Part shown: one piece after another, positions 10,218 to 20,194 of the stretch
Layout of the letters: each line of letters starts with the position of its first letter
How positions within the stretch are numbered: position 1 is the first letter of the stretch
Assembly: GCA_022705325.1 (NCBI GenBank)
Contig: JAKJER010000002.1
Coordinates: forward strand, 62,891-126,890
Length of the DNA stretch: 64,000 nucleotides
Direction of reading: 5' to 3'
DNA from: Planctomycetota bacterium
Lineage (GTDB): Bacteria > Planctomycetota > Phycisphaerae > SM23-33
The notes under the pieces: model-generated
Database searches by the model: none
What the model saw: the letters and a program-made list of their open reading frames with translations, nothing else
Told to the model about the DNA's origin: nothing
Made by a program: the position numbers and the translations under genes

Positions 10218-11342
10218 TCACGCGACTTCGGTGTCGGCCCCGGCAGTTTGGATCTCTTTCTCGGAGACGGCCAGCCCGGCGAGGTGGCGGCGGAAGAACG
10301 CGATAGTCCGCCGGGCGTACTGGCGAGGCTCGATGATGGCCGACTGATTGTGCTTGGCCCCCTCGACGACCCAGAGATACTTGGGTTCGGGGGCGGCCTC
10401 GTACAGCACCTGGGTCTGCTCGACGCGGATGTAGCTGTCCCGCTGGCCATGGATAAAGAAGATGGCCCGGGGCTGCATGTCGCGGAGGGCCTTGCGAACC
10501 GAGGGGAATCGGCAGCCCAGCCGCGGCTGGGCGAAACGCATCAACAGCCAGAACAGGAACCTCCAGAACTGTTCGGAGTGGTTCTCGTAGACCAGCTTGA
10601 CCCGGGCGAAAATGTACGCCCAGCGTTTCATCAGCGCGACGATGGTGGTGTCGGTGCTGAAGGCCCCGTCGCAGAGAATCGCCTTGATGTTGTGGTCGCT
10701 GCAGGCGGCCAGCAGGCCCGAGCCAGCGCCTCGGCTGATGCCGAACAGCCCGATCTCGGTGGGTTTCCCTTCGGCCGCCAGAACCGACTCCACATACGCG
10801 CAGGCCCCGAGCGTGTCCTCGAGTTCCTTGTCGCTGGGCCACTGGAGGGGCTTGTAGCGGGGCGACTTGGAGCTGTCGCCGTGTCCGCGGTAGTCGAAGG
10901 TGAACACGTCGAAGCCCGCCTCGATCAGCGGACGTGCGTACCGGGCGCAACTGTACATGTCCGAGCCGTACTCGTGGCAGAAAACGACCGTGCCCAGGCA
11001 GGCCGAGCGGTTGGGCGTATTCAGGTGCATGCCTCGCAGGCTCGTGCCGTCGAAGCTGCGAAAGCGGACGATCTCCCCGTGCAGCGGCTGGAAGTCGAGC
11101 GGGCCCATCGACAGCGGCGGGGGAGTGTCCACGAAGATGTTCAGGCAGATCCGGACGTACTTGCCGAGCAGCAGGGCCAGGAAGGTCGCCAACGAGGCGC
11201 AGGTCAGACTGATGGCAACAGCAGCCCAGTGCCGGCCCAACCAACCGACCATTCCCAGTACGGCATGGTCCATCGAATCGTCTCTTGGAGGAGGAGTTCC
11301 CTGCGGTGCTGATACTATGCAGGTCAAGGGCGATCTTGTCAA
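10218..11342 (-). CDS. Alpha/beta hydrolase, N-terminally membrane-anchored, 374 aa (alternative start at 11273)
   Basis: GISRG (GxSxG) nucleophile elbow, HGxxD and HGQRD motifs. One TM helix (WAAVAISLTCASLATFLALLLG). The overlapping 409-aa plus-strand ORF is judged an artifact. Confidence 0.6.
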   Translation of the reverse strand: MTRSPLTCIVSAPQGTPPPRDDSMDHAVLGMVGWLGRHWAAVAISLTCASLATFLALLLGKYVRICLNIFVDTPPPLSMGPLDFQPLHGEIVRFRSFDGTSLRGMHLNTPNRSACLGTVVFCHEYGSDMYSCARYARPLIEAGFDVFTFDYRGHGDSSKSPRYKPLQWPSDKELEDTLGACAYVESVLAAEGKPTEIGLFGISRGAGSGLLAACSDHNIKAILCDGAFSTDTTIVALMKRWAYIFARVKLVYENHSEQFWRFLFWLLMRFAQPRLGCRFPSVRKALRDMQPRAIFFIHGQRDSYIRVEQTQVLYEAAPEPKYLWVVEGAKHNQSAIIEPRQYARRTIAFFRRHLAGLAVSEKEIQTAGADTEVA

Positions 11343-11481
11343 CCGCTCATGTGGCCCGCTCCCGGATGATCTGCAGGCGTGACATCATTTGAGATCGTCA
11401 ATCTGTGCCGCCTTGACGATACATAGGGAGAAAGCGTACAGTACCGCTGGCAGCACGACCCGTGCGGGTCTGAGGCATTCG

Positions 11482-13419
11482 ATGGCCCAATGCCTGTGTC
11501 CATCCTGTGGAGAACTCCTGAGCATCCCGGACTCGGATGTGCCGCTACGTCTGCGCTGCTCGAAGTGTTCCCAGATCTTCGAGACCGTGCCGGAGAGCCC
11601 GGCGCCGCCGGCCAAGCCCGCCTCGCCGCTGGTGCCTCCTCGCGGCCCGCTCGCGCCGCTGGTGCCACCGGACCGGATCGCTCCGCCCCTGCTGGGAGAG
11701 AACGAAGCACCATTCGTCGCCCCCGGAGAGGCGTTTGCCGAACCGGCCGACGCGCCACCCGAGCCGCCTCCTCCTCCACCGCCCCCTGCGGCTACGGCCC
11801 CGGCACGTCTGCAGCCGTCGGCGGCGCCGCTTCAAAGTGCGCCCGTTTCTGCGCCGGCCGATGCCGTCGGACCCGCCGAGGCATCCGCGCGAGCACGCAC
11901 TGACGCACATGTGGAATCGTCCGCCACGCTGACGGCCGCCGCGACGTCGCAGAAGCCTCACGGGCGTCACGCCGCACGTCCCGTTGCGAGCCGTCCCGGT
12001 CGGGCACCCGGGCGGAAGAAGAGCAATACCACCGCCATCACGTTTCTGATTGCGGCGGCGATCGTGCTGTTCATCGTTATCGCGTGGATGGCCCATGCCA
12101 TGCTGTCCGGGCCCAGCCGGCCCAAACAGGATAGTCGCCTGCCCGACCCGGGCACGCCCGGCCTGAGCTACGCCCCGTCGTATGAACTGTTTCCGGACAA
12201 GGGGAAGAAGGAAAAGGACGGTCCGACACCGAAGGAGTCGGTGACGATCCCCGGCGTGTCGGAACCCAAACCGAAAGACCAGCCGTCCGCGCCCCAGTCC
12301 AGACCCTCCGAGCCGCCGGTAACGCCCCCTTCGGTGGTCGAGCCGACCCAGCCGACTGAGCCGGCCAGACCCGGGCCCACGATCACCTCGCCGAACCACC
12401 CGCTGGTGATGGCGGCTGGCTTCGCGACGCAGGGGAACCTGGCGACGGCCCTGCAGATCGTTCAACGGGAGAAGGCGAAAGGGACCAACGATCCTGAACA
12501 TCCGCTGTGCCTGCTGCTGCATGGCTATCTCCTGCTCGTGCAAGACGACGTGGCCGGCGCAGCCAGCGCCCTTGCCGCTGCGGCCAAGCTGAAGCCTGCG
12601 CTGGGCGACGCTCACCTGTACTTGGGCGGCTGCTACCTGGCGACGGGCAACAAGGAAGCGACCGCTTGCCTCACGCGCGCCCAGGAACTGTTGCCGGGCG
12701 ACCGGCGGGTGGAGTATCTGATGGCGATGGCCCTGTACGCAGAGCACGACCTGACCCGCTGCCGCCAGATCCTCGAGCGACTGGGCCTGGGCGAGGATGA
12801 ACTGGCGAAGCTGTCGCTGCGCCGGGCGGCGGACGTGGGGACGGCCGTGGAGAAGGTCGGTACGCTGAACGAGGAGCGACGGACGCTGTTGGGCAAGCTG
12901 GAAGACCTGACGGCCCGGCTGGCCCAGGCAAAGACCGGCATCGGCGAGGCCGAGAAGAAACGCGACGCCCTGAAGGCCGAGTACGATAAGGAACGCGATG
13001 TTCCGCTACAGGAATACCGAACGAAGCTCAAGGAGATTCGCGTTATCTTTGAGCGGGAACTGCCCCCCGAGTCCATTCGTGACAGCCGGCGGACGGAGTA
13101 TGACCGACGGATCAAGGCGGCCGAACAGCACCGCGACCAGGCGGTGCTGCGTGCCAAGCAGACCCTGGAAAGCCAGTACGAGGCCGTCGACAAGAAGTTC
13201 AAGCCGCAGGCGGACGCAACCTCCGCGGAACTAAAGGCCGCCCAGGCCATTCATGACGACTTGGCCCGCGAGCGCATGGACACCCATGCCAAGTCGGAGC
13301 GGCTGGTTCAGAAGATAAACCGGGAGCTGAAGGATGTGCCCATGGACGTGTCGGGGGACATGAAGAAGGACATGCCGCTGACGGCCCGGCGGATGGACGA
13401 ACTGCTGGCGAAGAAATAG
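11482..13419 (+). CDS. Zinc-ribbon / proline-rich / single-TM / TPR / coiled-coil protein, 645 aa
   Basis: Start moved to the ATG at 11482 (MAQCLCPSCGELL...CSKCSQ, a CxxC...CxxC zinc ribbon). Followed by a long Pro/Ala-rich linker with PPPPPPP, a TM helix ITFLIAAAIVLFIVIAW, TPR-like repeats, and a KR/E-rich coiled-coil C-terminus. Confidence 0.55.
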   Translation: MAQCLCPSCGELLSIPDSDVPLRLRCSKCSQIFETVPESPAPPAKPASPLVPPRGPLAPLVPPDRIAPPLLGENEAPFVAPGEAFAEPADAPPEPPPPPPPPAATAPARLQPSAAPLQSAPVSAPADAVGPAEASARARTDAHVESSATLTAAATSQKPHGRHAARPVASRPGRAPGRKKSNTTAITFLIAAAIVLFIVIAWMAHAMLSGPSRPKQDSRLPDPGTPGLSYAPSYELFPDKGKKEKDGPTPKESVTIPGVSEPKPKDQPSAPQSRPSEPPVTPPSVVEPTQPTEPARPGPTITSPNHPLVMAAGFATQGNLATALQIVQREKAKGTNDPEHPLCLLLHGYLLLVQDDVAGAASALAAAAKLKPALGDAHLYLGGCYLATGNKEATACLTRAQELLPGDRRVEYLMAMALYAEHDLTRCRQILERLGLGEDELAKLSLRRAADVGTAVEKVGTLNEERRTLLGKLEDLTARLAQAKTGIGEAEKKRDALKAEYDKERDVPLQEYRTKLKEIRVIFERELPPESIRDSRRTEYDRRIKAAEQHRDQAVLRAKQTLESQYEAVDKKFKPQADATSAELKAAQAIHDDLARERMDTHAKSERLVQKINRELKDVPMDVSGDMKKDMPLTARRMDELLAKK

Positions 13420-13423
13420 CTCG

Positions 13424-13460
13424 CGCGGGCTGGACTTCTGTCTGGCCAGACCTGCCCGCG
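13424..13460 (+). terminator. GC-rich hairpin 5 nt after the stop of the 11482-13419 gene (putative intrinsic terminator, no U tract)
   Basis: CGCGGGC ... GCCCGCG inverted repeat enclosing the palindrome GTCTGGCCAGAC. Confidence 0.3.
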
Positions 13461-13605
13461 GTCAACAGCACCCGGCCGTGTCGAAACGGGGTGGACTCTC
13501 ACGCCTGTCTGGTCCTTTTCGCAGGGGATGTTGTGGGTGGTCTGTTTCTGCGTTAGTCTGTTATACGCCGCCGGCGGCCTCGGCGGGCGAAAGGAACGGT
13601 GAACC

Positions 13606-14913
13606 ATGCGCAGGTCGCACATGAGGCGTCGGGGGTTTCTGGGCCGGCTGGCGGCGACGGCCGCGGGACCATGGGTGGTTTCGGCCAGCGCGTTGGGCCT
13701 GAACGGACAAGTGTCTCCGAGCAACCGTGTAACCCTGGCGCTGATCGGCGCGGGCGGCAAGGGCGTTGGCGGGATGCGCAACTTCATGGGCCACGCGGAC
13801 TGCCAGGTGCTGGCCGTCTGCGACCCCTACGAGAAGCGCCGCGAGGGGGCCAGGCAACTGGTCGAAAAGCACTACGCCCGCGACAAGGCCGCCGGCCAGT
13901 ACAAGGGCTGCGATGCCTACAACGACTTCCGCGAGGTGACTCCGCGCGGGGACATCGATGCCGTTCTTGTGGCTTCGACGGAGCAGTGGCACGTGCTGCA
14001 CAGCCTGTCGGCCATCCGAAACGGCAAGGACGTGTATTGCGAAAAGCCGCTGGGCCGAAGCGTCAACGAGTGCAGCACGCTGGTGCGGGAGGTGAACCGG
14101 TACGCGCGGGTCTTCCAGCACGGCACACAGTTGCGGTCGATGAGGGGCACCCGCTTCGCCTGCGAACTGGTGCGCAACGGGCGGATCGGCAAACTCCACA
14201 CGGTGCGGATCGGCTCGCCGCCCGATGGCGTGACGGGCAACCATCCGACGATCCCCGTGCCACCGGGGTTCGACTACGAGATGTGGCTGGGTCCGGCCCG
14301 GTGGGCGCCGTACTGCGCCCCCCGTTGCGTGACGCCGGGATGGTACTTCATCAGCGATTACGCGCCCAGCGGGTTCGTGGCGGAGTATGCCGTGCACGAC
14401 ATGGACATCGCCATGGAAGGCATGGGCCCGCTGTTCTCCAGTCCGGTCACCATCGAGGGAAGGGCCAACTACCCCGCCGACGGCCTGTTCGACACCCCCG
14501 TGACCTATCGCGTGGAGTTCACCTTCGCCAGCGGGGTCAAGCTCATCGAGACCGACGCCGGCCAACAGCGCCACGGCGTGCTGTTCGAGGGGAGCGAGGG
14601 CTCAGTCTTCACTCGCGGCGGGGTCGAGGCCACCCCGGCCGACCTGCTGCGAGAGACAATCGGTCCGCGCGAGGTCCACTTGTACGAATCGATCCAGCAG
14701 GAACGGAACTTCCTGGACTGCGTCAAGTCGCGCCGCAGGACCATCTGCCCTGCGGAGGTGGCCCACCGCGTCACCTCGATCAGCCACATGGCGGCCATCG
14801 CCATGCGACTCCAGAAAAGACTCGTCTGGGATTTCGAGCGGGACGTGGTGCTCAACGACGAAGAGGCCAACCGCTGCCGATTCGTGCCGATGCGCGAGCC
14901 GTGGCACCTGTAG
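13606..14913 (+). CDS. Gfo/Idh/MocA family oxidoreductase with Tat signal peptide, 435 aa
   Basis: RRRGFLGRLAATAAG Tat motif, LALIGAGGKG Rossmann motif, VYCEKP motif. AAGGAA Shine-Dalgarno-like motif upstream. Confidence 0.8.
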   Translation: MRRSHMRRRGFLGRLAATAAGPWVVSASALGLNGQVSPSNRVTLALIGAGGKGVGGMRNFMGHADCQVLAVCDPYEKRREGARQLVEKHYARDKAAGQYKGCDAYNDFREVTPRGDIDAVLVASTEQWHVLHSLSAIRNGKDVYCEKPLGRSVNECSTLVREVNRYARVFQHGTQLRSMRGTRFACELVRNGRIGKLHTVRIGSPPDGVTGNHPTIPVPPGFDYEMWLGPARWAPYCAPRCVTPGWYFISDYAPSGFVAEYAVHDMDIAMEGMGPLFSSPVTIEGRANYPADGLFDTPVTYRVEFTFASGVKLIETDAGQQRHGVLFEGSEGSVFTRGGVEATPADLLRETIGPREVHLYESIQQERNFLDCVKSRRRTICPAEVAHRVTSISHMAAIAMRLQKRLVWDFERDVVLNDEEANRCRFVPMREPWHL

Positions 14914-15147
14914 CCGCCCGCGCGGATAATCTTCCGACTGCCGCAACTTGGCGAGCGATGCGACCGCGCGGCGGCTGGGAATCCGGGTTGCCCTACGCCG
15001 GAGTGACCGTTCGCTGGCGTGCGGGATCACTTCTTAATGGCCGTTCATTAGGTCATAGTCGACCTTTTCCACTTGATTACACCGCCGTCAGGCTATAGCT
15101 TCACTGCGAACTGACTTCCGGTTTCTGGCATGCGAAAGGAAAAGGCC

Positions 15148-16335
15148 ATGAGGATCAACGTTCTCGTGCGTGTGGCGGCGTGTCTATTCTCGGCCGGACT
15201 ACTGACTGCGGCGGGCTGCGACACATCGCCCAAGTCCGCTTCACCCTCCCAGCCGCCGAAGGAACTCGGCAAGGTCGTGTCGGCGGTCGAGAAGCTGCAG
15301 GCGTCCAAGTTACTGGTCGCGCTGCCCGATTACTGCCCGACGCCCGACGGTATGGCCGTCGCGCCCGACGGCGAGTTGGTGGTCGCATGCCCCAACTACG
15401 CCGACCAGACCAAGCCCGCCTGTCTCATTCGCCTCTCCAAGGACGGCAGGGTTCGCAAGTGGGTCGACGTGCCTCCGCTGCCGGCCACCAAGGTTGCCTG
15501 CCCCATGGGGATCGCCTTCGGCCCCGACGGCGACGCGTTCGTCGTGGACAACCAGCCCTGGCCCGGCAAGCCGGAAGGCGCATTCAAGGGGCGTATTCTC
15601 CGTCTGAGGATCCAGGGCGACAAGATCGCCTCGACCACCGTGGTGGCCGACGGCATGGAGCACCCCAACGGTGTCCGCGTTCGCGATGGGCGCCTGTACG
15701 TCACCCAGAGCCTGATGACCAAGGTGAAGGACCCCTCGGGTCTGCTGGTCAGCGGCGTCTACCGCTTCAGCACCGAGGACAAGAACATCAAGGTCTCCAA
15801 TACGCTTCAGGACGCCAACCTGATCACCACCTTCGTCACCCGCAACAAGCACTGCCAGTATGGGGCCGACGGCCTGGTGTTCGACAAGGCCGGCAATCTC
15901 TTCGTGGGCAACTTCGGCGACGGCGCCCTGCACAAGATCACCTTCGACGCCGCCGGGCGAGTCGCCTCGAACACCATCTTCGCCAAGACCGACCTGGACT
16001 ACAACCTGGACCCCAAGCAACCCGGCTTTCTGGCCAAGGCTACCAAGGCCAGAATGAGGACCACCGACGGCATCTGCATCGACGAGGCGGGCAACATCTA
16101 CGTGGCCGACTTCTCCAACAACGCCGTCGCGAAGGTCGACCCCAAGGGGCGGATCACCGTCTTGGCCCAGAATGGCGACACCGACGGGGCAGACGGCAAA
16201 CTCGACCAGCCGGGCGAGCCCATCGTCTGGAACGGCAAGCTCGTCGTCACCAGCTTCGACATCGTCACCGGGCCCGACAAGGTCAACACCAAGCACGACA
16301 AGCCTTTCACCATTTCGACGTTGGATTTGAAGTAG
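15148..16335 (+). CDS. SMP-30/gluconolactonase/LRE-like beta-propeller lipoprotein, ~395 aa
   Basis: Lipoprotein-type signal (LLTAAGC). Repeated DG...V.D / GNLFV / GNIYVAD beta-propeller blades. Start chosen at the second ATG (15148), which has a strong AGGAAAAGG Shine-Dalgarno-like motif. Confidence 0.65.
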   Translation: MRINVLVRVAACLFSAGLLTAAGCDTSPKSASPSQPPKELGKVVSAVEKLQASKLLVALPDYCPTPDGMAVAPDGELVVACPNYADQTKPACLIRLSKDGRVRKWVDVPPLPATKVACPMGIAFGPDGDAFVVDNQPWPGKPEGAFKGRILRLRIQGDKIASTTVVADGMEHPNGVRVRDGRLYVTQSLMTKVKDPSGLLVSGVYRFSTEDKNIKVSNTLQDANLITTFVTRNKHCQYGADGLVFDKAGNLFVGNFGDGALHKITFDAAGRVASNTIFAKTDLDYNLDPKQPGFLAKATKARMRTTDGICIDEAGNIYVADFSNNAVAKVDPKGRITVLAQNGDTDGADGKLDQPGEPIVWNGKLVVTSFDIVTGPDKVNTKHDKPFTISTLDLK

Positions 16336-16359
16336 GGCGGGCGGATGAGAGGTGACGAG

Positions 16360-17571
16360 ATGACTGGCGAAGCGCTCATGGCGAAGGAACCCAAAGCCTT
16401 GGGGGTCTTTGAGAAGTATCTGACCTTCTGGGTGGGGCTTTGCATTGGTGCGGGGATCATTCTGGGGAAGTTGGCCCCCGGCGTCGCCCGTTCGCTTGAC
16501 GCGATGGCGATCACCGTTGACGGCGCGCCGGTCGTTTCCATTCCCATCGCCGTCTGTCTGTTCTTTATGATGTACCCGATCATGGTGAAGATTGACTTCG
16601 CCGAGGTGATCCAGGCCGGCAAGAGCCTGAAGCCGGTCACGCTTACGCTCGTGGTCAACTGGGCTATCAAGCCCTTCACCATGTATGCGATTGCCCTCTT
16701 GTTTCTGGGAGTGGTGTTTCATTCCCTGATCGGGCCTGAGGCTGTCGATCACGTCAAAATGCCGCTGGGCCAGGACTTGCCCGTCGGGGCGAGCTACGGG
16801 GACGGGAAGGTCGTGCTCGTCGAGGGCATCAAGGTTCTCCAGGTGCCGCTATGGCGCAGCTATCTGGCCGGGTGCATCCTGCTGGGGATTGCGCCGTGCA
16901 CGGCCATGGTGCTGGTATGGGGTTACCTGGCTCGCGGTAATGACGGGCACACGCTGGTCATGGTGGCGATCAATTCCTTGACCATGCTTGTCCTGTACGG
17001 ACCGCTGGGCGGCTTCCTGCTGGGCGTGGGCAAATTGCCCGTCCCGTGGCAGGCATTGGTGCTGTCGATCGGCATCTATGTTGCCCTGCCGCTGGTGAGT
17101 GGGTATCTGACCCGGCGGTGGATCGTGCGGGCCAAGGGCTATGACTGGTTCCGGCAGAGATTTCTGCACATGCTGACGCCCGTCACGATTATCGCGCTGC
17201 TGACGACGCTGGTGCTGCTGTTCAGCTTCAAGGGCGAGGTGATCCTGGGCAACCCGCTGACGATCGTATGGATCGCCGTCCCGCTGTTCCTTCAGACGGT
17301 GCTGATCTTCGCGATTGCCTACACGGCTGCGCGAGTCCTCAAGCTGTCCTACCCGGATGCGGCTCCGTCGGCCATGATCGGCGCGTCCAACCACTTTGAG
17401 GTTGCGATCGCCACGGCCGTGATGGTGTTCGGGCTGTCCAGCGGGGCGGCGCTGGCGACGGTGGTCGGCGTGCTGATCGAGGTGCCGGTCATGCTGATGC
17501 TGGTGAGATTCTGTTTGCGGACTCGCGGCTGGTTCGGTGCCGCCGCGACTGCCGGTAAGAGCGAACCATAA
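16360..17571 (+). CDS. ACR3 family arsenite efflux transporter, ~403 aa
   Basis: N-terminal [12 protein letters not shown], about 10 TM helices and overall ACR3/BASS topology. Start ambiguous among 16345, 16360 and 16378; 16360 has an AGAGGTGA Shine-Dalgarno-like motif. Confidence 0.7.
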   Translation: MTGEALMAKEPKALGVFEKYLTFWVGLCIGAGIILGKLAPGVARSLDAMAITVDGAPVVSIPIAVCLFFMMYPIMVKIDFAEVIQAGKSLKPVTLTLVVNWAIKPFTMYAIALLFLGVVFHSLIGPEAVDHVKMPLGQDLPVGASYGDGKVVLVEGIKVLQVPLWRSYLAGCILLGIAPCTAMVLVWGYLARGNDGHTLVMVAINSLTMLVLYGPLGGFLLGVGKLPVPWQALVLSIGIYVALPLVSGYLTRRWIVRAKGYDWFRQRFLHMLTPVTIIALLTTLVLLFSFKGEVILGNPLTIVWIAVPLFLQTVLIFAIAYTAARVLKLSYPDAAPSAMIGASNHFEVAIATAVMVFGLSSGAALATVVGVLIEVPVMLMLVRFCLRTRGWFGAAATAGKSEP

Positions 17572-17604
17572 CAGGCCAACCCGCCTGTTCAAAGAGGAGA
17601 ACGC

Positions 17605-18633
17605 ATGGACACACTGATTGGAATCGGCTGGACGATGCTGGGCGCGGTGTTCCTTGGGACCTTTGCCCTGCCCTCCAAGTACATCAAGAACTATGCATGG
17701 GAGAACACGTGGGGCGCGTTCTTCTTCTTCGCGATGCTTTTGGTGCCCGTGGGCTTCGCCATGCTGGTGGTCAAGGACCTGTGGGCGAGCTACGAGGGCG
17801 TGTCGGGCTTGGTCATCTTCGGCGTAATCGCGCTGAGCGCCATGTGGGGCGCGGGCTTCTGCTGCTGGGGCACGGGTCTGGCAATGGTCGGGCTGTCGCT
17901 GGGCTACTCGCTGACCATGGGCACGATGGCGCTGGTGGGCTCGATGGTTCCGTTCTTTCTGGGCAACGCCGACAAGGCCGTCACCCTGCCGGGCATGCTG
18001 GTGATTTTCGGCATCCTGGTGTGCATCATCGGTGTGGGGATCAACGGTCGAGCCGGCGTCCTTCGCGAGCGGGCCCAGGAGTCCCAGGCCCAGGCGGGTA
18101 GCCGTCGCCGCATGGCCTTGGGCCTGGTGGTGTGCGTGCTGGCCGGCGTGTTATCCAGCGGCCTCAATATTGCCTTCCACATCGGCAACACGATCGGGGG
18201 GATCGCTGCCAACGCCGCGAAGCTCGGCAACCCGCCATGGGCGGCCGGCCTGTCCACCTGGACGCTTGTCTTCCTGGGCGGCGCGATCTCCAGCGTGATC
18301 TACTGCGCCTTCCTTCTGAGCAAGAACAAGACCTGGAAGGGCTTTGGCAACGCCGGCACGGCCCGCAACCTCGTGCTGGCGCTGCTGATGGCCATCGGCC
18401 ACTTCCTCTGCATCTTCTTCTACGGCATCGGCGGCTGGAAGCTCGGCGCCCTTGGCACGTCGGTCGGATTCGCCATTTTCCAGTCCGGTTCCCTGCTGCT
18501 GGGCAATGGGCTGGGCTTTATCACCGGCGAGTGGCGAGGCTCCGACGCACGCAGCCGGAGGACCTTGGCGATCGGGTTGTCCGTTCTGATCCTGGGCATC
18601 GTCATCGTCTCGGTCGGCAACGCCGTGCAGTAA
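17605..18633 (+). CDS. RhaT-family sugar:proton symporter (L-rhamnose transporter-like), 342 aa
   Basis: About 10 TM helices with size and pattern of the RhaT/DMT superfamily. AAGAGGAGA Shine-Dalgarno-like motif upstream. Lies immediately upstream of an FGGY sugar kinase. Confidence 0.6.
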   Translation: MDTLIGIGWTMLGAVFLGTFALPSKYIKNYAWENTWGAFFFFAMLLVPVGFAMLVVKDLWASYEGVSGLVIFGVIALSAMWGAGFCCWGTGLAMVGLSLGYSLTMGTMALVGSMVPFFLGNADKAVTLPGMLVIFGILVCIIGVGINGRAGVLRERAQESQAQAGSRRRMALGLVVCVLAGVLSSGLNIAFHIGNTIGGIAANAAKLGNPPWAAGLSTWTLVFLGGAISSVIYCAFLLSKNKTWKGFGNAGTARNLVLALLMAIGHFLCIFFYGIGGWKLGALGTSVGFAIFQSGSLLLGNGLGFITGEWRGSDARSRRTLAIGLSVLILGIVIVSVGNAVQ

Positions 18634-18652
18634 GCCGCTCGCGGGAGATATC

Positions 18653-20170
18653 ATGGCGAACTACCTGCTCGCACACGACCTGGGCACCAGCGGCAACAAG
18701 GCCACGCTGTACAGTCTGGATGGCAAGCTGGTGGCAAGCAAGACCGTTTCGTACCCGACCAATTTCTTCAAGGGCAATTGGGCTGAGCAGAACCCACAGG
18801 ACTGGTGGCAGGCCGTCTGCGACTCCACGAAGGCCTTGCTGGCCCAAGTGGACCCCTCCGAAATCGCCGTGGTCGCCCTCAGCGGGCAGATGATGGGCTG
18901 CACCATCGTCGACAGGCAAGGCCAGGCCCTGCGCCCTTCGATCCTGTACTGCGACCAGCGGGCGACCGTGCAGGCCGACCGCATCCTCGATGGGCTAAGC
19001 CTGCAGGAGTTTTACGGCATCGTCGGGCACCGCGTCAGCGCCAGTTACAGCCTGGAGAAGCTGATGTGGATCCGCGACAACGAGCCGGATCTCTACAGGC
19101 AAACGCACAGGACGCTCTGCGCTAAGGATTACATCAATCTGCGCCTCACCGGCCAGATCGCGACCGACTACAGCGACGCCAGCGGCACCAACGCGTTCGA
19201 CCTGAACACCTTCCAGTGGTCCGCCAAGGTGATCGACCTGGCCGGCGTGGACGGCGAGATGTTCCCGCCGCCCCGCGAGTCGGTGGATATCCTGGGCACG
19301 ATCACCTCGCAAGCCGCCCGCGAGACGGGTCTCAAGGAAGGCACTCCGGTGGCCGTCGGCGGCGGCGACGGGAGTTGCGCCGGGGTGGGCGTGGGCTGCA
19401 TCAAACCTGGCACGGCCTACAACTACCTCGGCTCGTCGAGTTGGATCGCGCTGACGGTCAAACAGCCGATCGTCGACGAGCAGATGCGGACCATGAACTG
19501 GGCCCACTGCGTGCCCGGCTACCTGCACCCGTCGGGCACGATGCAGACGGCCGGCTCGAGCCACAACTGGCTCAAGAACACGCTCTGCGACAAAGAGAAC
19601 TCCATCTGCATGGACCTTCCCCTGGATCCCTACGATCTGATCGAGGAGGCGATGGCGTCGGTCCCGCCGGGGTCCAACGGCGTGATCTTCCTGCCGTACA
19701 TGCTGGGCGAGCGGACACCGTGGTGGAACCCCAACGCCCGTGGGGCGTTCATCGGGCTCAACCTGGCCACCAAGCGCGAGGACATGCTGCGGGCCGTGCT
19801 GGAGGGCGTGACGATGAACCTAGGGATCATCGTCAACATCTTCCGCAAGCACGTGAACATTCCGGGGATCACCGTCATCGGCGGGGGGGCCAAGAGCGCG
19901 CTCTGGCGGCAGATGATGGCTGACATCTACGATTGCCGCGTCCAGTCGCTCAACTTCCTGGAGGAGGCCACCTCCATGGGCGCCGCGGTCATCGGCGGCG
20001 TTGCCGCCGGCGTGTTCAAGGACTTCGACGTGATCGACCGCTTCGTCCGCGTCGAGAACACCGCCGAGCCCAACGGCGAGAATCAGAAGGTCTACCGCAA
20101 ACTCATGCCCATCCTCGAAAAGGCCTATCGCGGGCTGGTCGAGGTCTACGAGGATCTGGCGAAGCTGTGA
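18653..20170 (+). CDS. FGGY-family carbohydrate kinase (xylulokinase/rhamnulokinase-like), 505 aa
   Basis: N-terminal LAHDLGTSGNKATL, the FGGY phosphate-1 motif. GGGAKS near the C-terminus. GGGAGATA Shine-Dalgarno-like motif. Confidence 0.8.
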   Translation: MANYLLAHDLGTSGNKATLYSLDGKLVASKTVSYPTNFFKGNWAEQNPQDWWQAVCDSTKALLAQVDPSEIAVVALSGQMMGCTIVDRQGQALRPSILYCDQRATVQADRILDGLSLQEFYGIVGHRVSASYSLEKLMWIRDNEPDLYRQTHRTLCAKDYINLRLTGQIATDYSDASGTNAFDLNTFQWSAKVIDLAGVDGEMFPPPRESVDILGTITSQAARETGLKEGTPVAVGGGDGSCAGVGVGCIKPGTAYNYLGSSSWIALTVKQPIVDEQMRTMNWAHCVPGYLHPSGTMQTAGSSHNWLKNTLCDKENSICMDLPLDPYDLIEEAMASVPPGSNGVIFLPYMLGERTPWWNPNARGAFIGLNLATKREDMLRAVLEGVTMNLGIIVNIFRKHVNIPGITVIGGGAKSALWRQMMADIYDCRVQSLNFLEEATSMGAAVIGGVAAGVFKDFDVIDRFVRVENTAEPNGENQKVYRKLMPILEKAYRGLVEVYEDLAKL

Positions 20171-20194
20171 TTGCAGACTAACAAGGAGTCCCAG

